DNA from: an uncultured Acidobacteriota bacterium
Lineage (GTDB): Bacteria > Acidobacteriota > Vicinamibacteria > Vicinamibacterales > 2-12-FULL-66-21
NCBI GenBank assembly: GCA_963830815.1
Contig: CAWHNN010000001.1
Coordinates: 7,715 to 71,714 of the forward strand
Length of the DNA stretch: 64,000 nt
Direction: 5' to 3'
Shown here: positions 57,176 through 64,000 of the stretch, in pieces
How the letters are laid out: each line of letters opens with the position of its first letter
Numbering within the stretch: the stretch's first letter is position 1
Notes under the pieces: generated by a model
The model's input: only the letters and a program-made list of their open reading frames with translations
Told to the model about the DNA's origin: nothing
The model's database searches: none
Program-made: the position numbers and the translations under genes

Positions 57176-57262
57176 GGCGAGGTAGCGAAGCGGTCAAACG
57201 CAACAGACTGTAAATCTGTCGCCCCAGCGGCTTCGAAGGTTCGAATCCTTCCCTCGCCACCA
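57176..57262 (+). tRNA. tRNA-Tyr (GTA)
   Basis: GGCGAGG...CCTCGCC-A-CCA, loop CTGTAAA, long variable arm. Confidence 0.95.
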
Positions 57263-57274
57263 TGGTCGATAGTG

Positions 57275-57366
57275 GCAATGCTGAGTGATGAATGGGGAAT
57301 GCTGAAGTGAATGTGGAAGGCCGGACAACAAGTGAATTCAGCATTCAGACTTAGCATTCAGCGTTG
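57275..57366. repeat. Inverted heptamer array (AATGCTG class)
   Basis: GCAATGCTGAGTGATGAATGGGGAATGCTGAA ... TTCAGCATTCAGACTTAGCATTCAGCGTTG. Confidence 0.85.
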
Positions 57367-57372
57367 TCGAAG

Positions 57373-57424
57373 GCGGGAGTAACTCAGTGGTAGAGTCAGC
57401 CTTCAAAGCTGTTGGCGCGGTTTC
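57373..57424 (+). pseudogene. Partial degenerate copy of tRNA-Gly
   Basis: First 26 nt identical to 57462 copy, then small deletions, loop CTTCAAA, no complete T-arm or 3' acceptor strand. Confidence 0.75.
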
Positions 57425-57461
57425 ACTCAGACTCAGCATTGCATAGGACTCAGCCGCGTAG

Positions 57462-57536
57462 GCGGGAGTAACTCAGTGGTAGAGTCACAGCCTTCCAAGC
57501 TGTTGGTCGCGGGTTCGATCCCCGTCTCCCGCTCCA
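57462..57536 (+). tRNA. tRNA-Gly (TCC)
   Basis: GCGGGAG...CTCCCGC-T-CCA, loop CTTCCAA. Confidence 0.95.
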
Positions 57537-57537
57537 G

Positions 57538-57631
57538 CTTCGCTCGCCCTCCAGGCGAGCTTCGGCTTGGCAGGCCAGCGAGCACGTTTCGCGCGAAGGC
57601 TGTCGCGCCGAAGCGCGGAGCGCGAAGGCGG
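57538..57631. repeat. Composite palindromic (REP-like) element 3' of tRNA-Gly
   Basis: CTTCGC...GCTTCGGC left half, GCCGAAGC...GCGAAG right half. Confidence 0.6.
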
Positions 57632-57689
57632 ACCATGTGATTCGCCGCAAGGTGGTCTGGGGCTCGTAGGTCTGCCAGCAGTACGTCAG

Positions 57690-57837
57690 GCCGAGGGAGC
57701 TCAGTTGGCAGGGCCTGCCGCGCCGAAGGGAAGAGGAAGGCGGGCCGGTTCGATCGCCGAGCCGTCGAAGGCGGTCACAGGCTCGATCGGTCATGCTCAA
57801 TCAGCAGTCGCGCCGTAGCTCCGGAGAGCACAAGGTC
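57690..57837 (+). pseudogene. Degenerate tRNA-like fragments at the expected tRNA-Thr(GGT) position
   Basis: AGCTCAGTTGGCAGGGC D-arm-like, CCGGTTCGATC T-arm-like, second GTAGCTCCGGAGAGCAC; no intact cloverleaf. Confidence 0.5.
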
Positions 57838-57942
57838 AGACCGAGGTTTGAAAAGCGACAGCGCCCGCGGCGAGGGCACTGACGCGAGGCGAGTAAACAG
57901 AAAGGCGACGTCGGGTAGCGACGCAACGAGGACGATAACGAC

Positions 57943-59142
<1,200 letters not shown>

Positions 59143-59145
59143 TGG

Positions 59146-59212
59146 CGGGACTCGTGGCTCGGGTTTCGAGGTTCGCAAGCCTCGAGTCCCGAGCCCCGAA
59201 CCCCGAGTCCCG
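59146..59212. repeat. Inverted heptamer array (TCGGGAC/GTCCCGA class)
   Basis: CGGGACT CGTGGCT CGGGTTT CGAGGTT ... TCCCGAG CCCCGAA CCCCGAG TCCCG. Confidence 0.88.
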
Positions 59213-59226
59213 ACAAGGTTGGAGTC

Positions 59227-59376
59227 ATGAGAGACATCATTGCGCTCGCGTGCGGCGAATGTAAGCGCCGCAACTACAGCACGACGAAGAACAAGAAGAA
59301 GACCAGCGAGCGTCTGGAATTCAGCAAGTTCTGCCGCTTCTGCCGCAAGCACACGCCGCATAAAGAGACGAAGTAA
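59227..59376 (+). CDS. rpmG: 50S ribosomal protein L33 (Zn-binding form)
   Basis: Not in ORF track; [23 protein letters not shown]...[16 protein letters not shown]. Confidence 0.96.
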   Translation: MRDIIALACGECKRRNYSTTKNKKKTSERLEFSKFCRFCRKHTPHKETK

Positions 59377-59378
59377 CT

Positions 59379-59432
59379 CTGAATGCTGAATGCTGAATGC
59401 TGAAGTAAAGGCAGAAGGCAGGAAGGCAGAAG
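59379..59432. repeat. Single-arm heptamer array AATGCTG then AAGGCAG
   Basis: CTG(AATGCTG)3AAGTA followed by 3 AAGGCAG units. Confidence 0.85.
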
Positions 59433-59448
59433 TCGCTCGAGGAAGATG

Positions 59449-59546
59449 CGAGCGAGCGAAGCGAAGCGAGCCACCGGAGCGGAGCGGGGCAGCGGGGCCC
59501 CGCGAGCGACGGTGCAAGGGGGCTCCGGGGGATGAAGTCCCCCGGC
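59449..59546 (+). repeat. G-rich palindromic element related to the 24-nt repeat
   Basis: GAGCGGGGCAGCGGGGCCCCGCGAGC followed by CCGGGGGA-TGAAG-TCCCCCGG hairpin. Confidence 0.7.
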
Positions 59547-59552
59547 TGATAA

Positions 59553-59628
59553 AGGACAGTAGCTCAATTGGCAGAGCACCGGTCTCCAAAACCGGGGGTT
59601 GGGGGTTCGATTCCCTCCTGTCCTGCCA
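59553..59628 (+). tRNA. tRNA-Trp (CCA)
   Basis: AGGACAG...CTGTCCT-G-CCA, loop CTCCAAA. Confidence 0.95.
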
Positions 59629-59787
59629 GTTTGTCGAGTGCTTCGGTTACGGTGACGCGAAGCGCGAAGAGCGGATCGGACGGCGGCTCGCTGGGTCAGT
59701 GACCACGGGACGCGAGGAGCGGTGCGGGGCTCATGAGCCCCCGCGAGCGACGAGCTGGCGGGGTGCAGGGTCCCAGCCGATCAAAAG

Positions 59788-60054
59788 ATGAAGACGGCAA
59801 TGGCGGAGCACGAGGATTCAATCGGTGGGCGTGCCCGGGATGGCGTCGCTGGATGGTGGGGGCGTGCGCGGCGGTTTCTCGCCGAGGTGCGCAACGAGAT
59901 GGCGCGGGTCACCTGGCCGACCCGGCGCGAAGTCTATGCGACCACGCTCGTTGTCATCCTGACGTCGATCTTCTTCGGGCTGTATCTGGGGACCGTGGAC
60001 TTGCTCCTCAACAGCCTGATGCAGTGGGTTTACGGAACGTTCGGTGTGGCGTGA
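59788..60054 (+). CDS. secE: Preprotein translocase subunit SecE
   Basis: [17 protein letters not shown] plus TM helix, between tRNA-Trp and nusG. Confidence 0.93.
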   Translation: MKTAMAEHEDSIGGRARDGVAGWWGRARRFLAEVRNEMARVTWPTRREVYATTLVVILTSIFFGLYLGTVDLLLNSLMQWVYGTFGVA

Positions 60055-60056
60055 GC

Positions 60057-60608
60057 ATGGCGAGCATGACCGACGATCGGACGAAGCAGTGGTACATCGT
60101 GCACACGTACTCTGGCTTCGAGAACAAGGTGAAGGAGTCGCTCGAGCAGCGCGTGCAGGCCTACGGTCTGCAGGCTGAGATCGGCGAGATCCTGATCCCG
60201 ACCGAGCAGGTCGCCGAGATGCGCGGCGGCAAGAAGGTCGTGAGCTCGAAGCGGTTCTTCCCGGGCTACATCCTTGTCGAGATGCACATGTCCGACAACG
60301 CGTGGCATGTGGTGAAGAACACGCCAAAGGTGACCGGCTTTGTCGGCGCCGGCGCCAAGCCGACGCCGCTCTCGCGCGAAGAGGTCGACCAGATCCTGAA
60401 TCAGGTCACCGAAGCCGCCGAGAAGCCGAAGCCGAAGTACACGTTCGAGAAGGGCGACCAGGTCCGCATCAACGAGGGCCCCTTCACGAGCTTCAACGGC
60501 ACGGTCGACGAGGTCAACCTCGATCGCAACACGTTGAAGGTCATGGTGACGATCTTCGGCCGCGCGACGCCGGTCGAATTGGACTTTTTGCAGGTAGAGA
60601 AGCTGTAA
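60057..60608 (+). CDS. nusG: Transcription termination/antitermination factor
   Basis: [28 protein letters not shown]. Confidence 0.97.
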   Translation: MASMTDDRTKQWYIVHTYSGFENKVKESLEQRVQAYGLQAEIGEILIPTEQVAEMRGGKKVVSSKRFFPGYILVEMHMSDNAWHVVKNTPKVTGFVGAGAKPTPLSREEVDQILNQVTEAAEKPKPKYTFEKGDQVRINEGPFTSFNGTVDEVNLDRNTLKVMVTIFGRATPVELDFLQVEKL

Positions 60609-60614
60609 GGCTGA

Positions 60615-60692
60615 CGGGATCGGGGTTCGGGACTCGGGATTCGGAGGTTGGACTAAGAGACGTCGAGCCCCGAGCCCCGAGTCCGAGACCCG
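60615..60692. repeat. Inverted heptamer array (TCGGGAC class)
   Basis: TCGGGGT TCGGGAC TCGGGAT TCG ... CGAGCCC CGAGCCC CGAGTCC. Confidence 0.88.
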
Positions 60693-60701
60693 GCTAAAGA
60701 C

Positions 60702-61127
60702 ATGGCTAAAAAAATACAGGCAATGGTGAAGCTCCAGATTGCGGCGGGGAAGGCGACCCCCGCGCCGCCGGTCGGGACCGCGCTCGGTCCCCACGGCGTC
60801 AATATCATGGACTTCTGCAAGAACTTCAACGCCAAGACGAGCAAGGACGAGGGACTGATCATCCCGGTGGTCGTGACGGTTTACGCCGATCGGTCGTACT
60901 CCTTCATCACCAAGACGCCACCGGCATCGATCCTCCTGAAGCGCGCCGCGAATCTGGCCAAGGGGTCAGCCGAGCCGAACAAGAACAAGGTCGGCACGGT
61001 GACGAAGAAGCAGGTCGAAGACATCGCCAAGCTGAAGATGCCCGATCTCAACGCCGAGTCGCTCGATGCCGCCTACAAGACGGTCGCCGGCACCGCGCGC
61101 TCGATGGGCATCGACGTCGTCGGCTAG
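60702..61127 (+). CDS. rplK: 50S ribosomal protein L11
   Basis: [25 protein letters not shown]. Confidence 0.98.
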   Translation: MAKKIQAMVKLQIAAGKATPAPPVGTALGPHGVNIMDFCKNFNAKTSKDEGLIIPVVVTVYADRSYSFITKTPPASILLKRAANLAKGSAEPNKNKVGTVTKKQVEDIAKLKMPDLNAESLDAAYKTVAGTARSMGIDVVG

Positions 61128-61129
61128 TA

Positions 61130-61211
61130 GCAATGCTGAATGCTGAGTGCTGAATGCTGAAGGAAATGCTGAAGCAGTAATTCAGCATTCAGCATTCAGC
61201 ATTCAGAATTG
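61130..61211. repeat. Inverted heptamer array (AATGCTG class)
   Basis: About 5 AATGCTG-type units then TTCAGCA x3. Confidence 0.92.
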
Positions 61212-61216
61212 ACAGA

Positions 61217-61249
61217 GTGGGAGGTCGTGAAAACGGCCGTTCGCACCAC
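61217..61249 (+). promoter_or_regulatory. Putative L1-binding mRNA leader
   Basis: GTGGGAG...ACCAC stem with purine bulge directly before the rplA SD, resembling known L1 operators. Confidence 0.55.
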
Positions 61250-61260
61250 AGAGGTAGTAC

Positions 61261-61965
61261 ATGCGTAAGACAGGCAAGAAGTTCGCTGCCGCGCGGCAGC
61301 AGGTCCCTGCGCGTCCCCATACGATTGAGGATGCGATTCCCTTGATGCAAAAGGTGAAGTTCGCGAAGTTCGACGAGACCGTCGAGCTTTCGCTTCGCCT
61401 TGGCGTCGATCCCAAGCACGCCGACCAGATGGTCCGCGGCACGGTTGTCCTGCCGCACGGCCTTGGCAAGAGCAAGAAGGTTCTCGCGATTGCCGGTGGC
61501 GACAAGCAGAAGGAAGCGCAGGAAGCCGGCGCCGACTTCATCGGCGGCGAAGAGCTGGTCGACAAGATCCAGGGTGGCTGGACCGACTTCGACGCCGTCG
61601 TCGCGACCCCGGACATGATGCGCGCCGTCGGCAAGCTCGGCAAGGTGCTCGGCCCGCGCGGCCTGATGCCGAACCCGAAGACCGGCACGGTCACGCTCGA
61701 CATCGCCAAGGCGGTCAAGGAAATCAAGGCCGGCAAGGTCGAGTTCCGCGTCGACAAGACCGGCATCGTGCACGCCCCGATCGGCAAGATTTCGTTTCCG
61801 ACGCAGAACCTGATCGACAACGCGCACGCGCTCGTCGACAGCGTCGTCAAGGCCAAGCCGTCCGCGGCCAAGGGCAAGTATCTCCGTAACGTGACGCTGT
61901 CCTCGACGATGGGCCCGGGGATCATGATCGATACCGCGCACGTCACTGACGTGGTGAAACACTAA
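61261..61965 (+). CDS. rplA: 50S ribosomal protein L1
   Basis: [24 protein letters not shown]. Confidence 0.98.
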   Translation: MRKTGKKFAAARQQVPARPHTIEDAIPLMQKVKFAKFDETVELSLRLGVDPKHADQMVRGTVVLPHGLGKSKKVLAIAGGDKQKEAQEAGADFIGGEELVDKIQGGWTDFDAVVATPDMMRAVGKLGKVLGPRGLMPNPKTGTVTLDIAKAVKEIKAGKVEFRVDKTGIVHAPIGKISFPTQNLIDNAHALVDSVVKAKPSAAKGKYLRNVTLSSTMGPGIMIDTAHVTDVVKH

Positions 61966-62523
61966 TGGCAGTCACACGAGCCGTCAAAGTAGAAGAGCTG
62001 CAGCAGCTCGAACAGTCCTTCAAGGGCACCGACAGCGCCATCGTTGTCGACTTCAAGGGGCTCAAGGTCCCGGAAGTGACCGAGCTCCGGCGCCAGGTCC
62101 GTGGCGTCAAGGGCCAGGTACAAGGTCGTCAAGAATACGCTCGCCCTCCGCGCCCTCAAGGGCACGAAGTTCGAAGGGCTGACCGGCCACTTCAGCGGCA
62201 CGACCGCCGTCGCCTACAGCGGCGAAGATCCGGTCGCGCTCGCGAAAGTCCTGACGACGTTCGCCAAAACCGCGCCAGCGCTGCAGATCAAAGGCGCCGT
62301 CGTGCAGGGCCGGTCGATCAAGGCCGGTGAAGTCACCGAGCTGGCGACGCTGCCTGGTAAGCCGGAGCTGTATGCGAAGCTCCTGTTCCTTCTCCAGGCG
62401 CCGATGGTCCAGCTCGTGAGCGTGCTGAATGCCGCGCCGCGCGACCTGATGAACGTGCTCGTCCAGGCAGAAAAGAAGAAGTCCGAAGCGACGCCGCAAG
62501 AGAGCGAAGCGGCCCCCGCATAG
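61965..62523 (+). CDS. rplJ: 50S ribosomal protein L10 (frameshift near 62115)
   Basis: DFKGL..ELRR, VVKNTL, LATLP. Confidence 0.95.
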
Positions 62524-62589
62524 GAGTGGCAGCTCTGACAGCAGAGCAGCCCTGAGCCCGAGCGCGGCGCGGAGTCGCCGCGCGAGAGC

Positions 62590-62613
62590 GAGCGGGGGTG
62601 GGGCCCCGCGAGC
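62590..62613 (+). repeat. 24-nt G-rich intergenic repeat, copy 3
   Basis: Identical to 21065-21088. Confidence 0.9.
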
Positions 62614-62693
62614 GCTGAGAAAAGCGGACAGAATCGCTGGAATCATTTAGGCAAACAGAATCGCAGCAATCATCAAGTACAGGAGTAGATGAC

Positions 62694-63083
<390 letters not shown>

Positions 63084-63114
63084 GTCGACGGCGCCTCGCG
63101 CCGTCTCCGATGAC

Positions 63115-63210
63115 CGGGGCTCGGGATTCGTGGTTCGGGGTTCGCAGAACCCGCAGCTGCGCCTGAGCTCCGGATGCTTCCGAGTCCCGAGCCCCGAGTC
63201 CCGAGACCCG
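63115..63210. repeat. Inverted heptamer array (TCGGGAC class)
   Basis: CGGGGCT CGGGATT CGTGGTT CGGGGTT CG ... CGAGTCC CGAGCCC CGAGTCC CGAG. Confidence 0.88.
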
Positions 63211-63230
63211 CTTCAGAGGGTTTTCACAGC

Positions 63231-64000
<770 letters not shown>

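Noticed and set aside
57373-57424. Functional UGA-decoding tRNA or alternative genetic code
   Set aside because: Incomplete cloverleaf; TGA terminates many conserved genes here.

Overview
High-GC bacterial chromosome segment, most consistent with Acidobacteriota (Vicinamibacteria-like); this placement is inferred from a Cys-rich RpoB insertion, the EF-Tu switch-I variant and the gene content. Many essential genes (rplJ, rpsF, rpsR, rplI, dnaB, pth, prs, ispE, nuoL/N, purH) are broken by single-base frameshifts, which points to an unpolished long-read consensus rather than real pseudogenes. Layout: 1-16.8 kb surface-glycan locus (heptose kinase and nucleotidyltransferase, gmd, WecA-like fusion, O-antigen-ligase-like, spermidine-synthase-like membrane protein, methyltransferase, thiS-thiG, glycosyltransferase); 17.2-29.7 kb nuo operon lacking nuoG and nuoI, with gmhA inserted between nuoC and nuoD; NtrC-type regulator behind a truncated kinase remnant; csp, purH, LPS core genes; TPR-lipoprotein-ispE-tRNA-Gln-prs-rplY-pth-rpsF-rpsR-rplI-dnaB-alr-radA-PIN/TRAM-plsC-ispDF-gltX-rlmB; tRNA cluster, tuf, rpmG, secE, nusG, rplKAJL and the start of rpoB. 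No CRISPR array, IS or prophage was seen. The most notable unexplained structure is about 15 arrays of 7-nt tandem repeats, mostly intergenic, of several unrelated unit sequences and often arranged as inverted arms. A second family of 24-nt G-rich repeats sits just upstream of start codons. Also seen: a Rex-like box before nuoA, a strong promoter plus early terminator before csp, and degenerate tRNA-Gly/Thr copies. All calls are by eye, without database searches.
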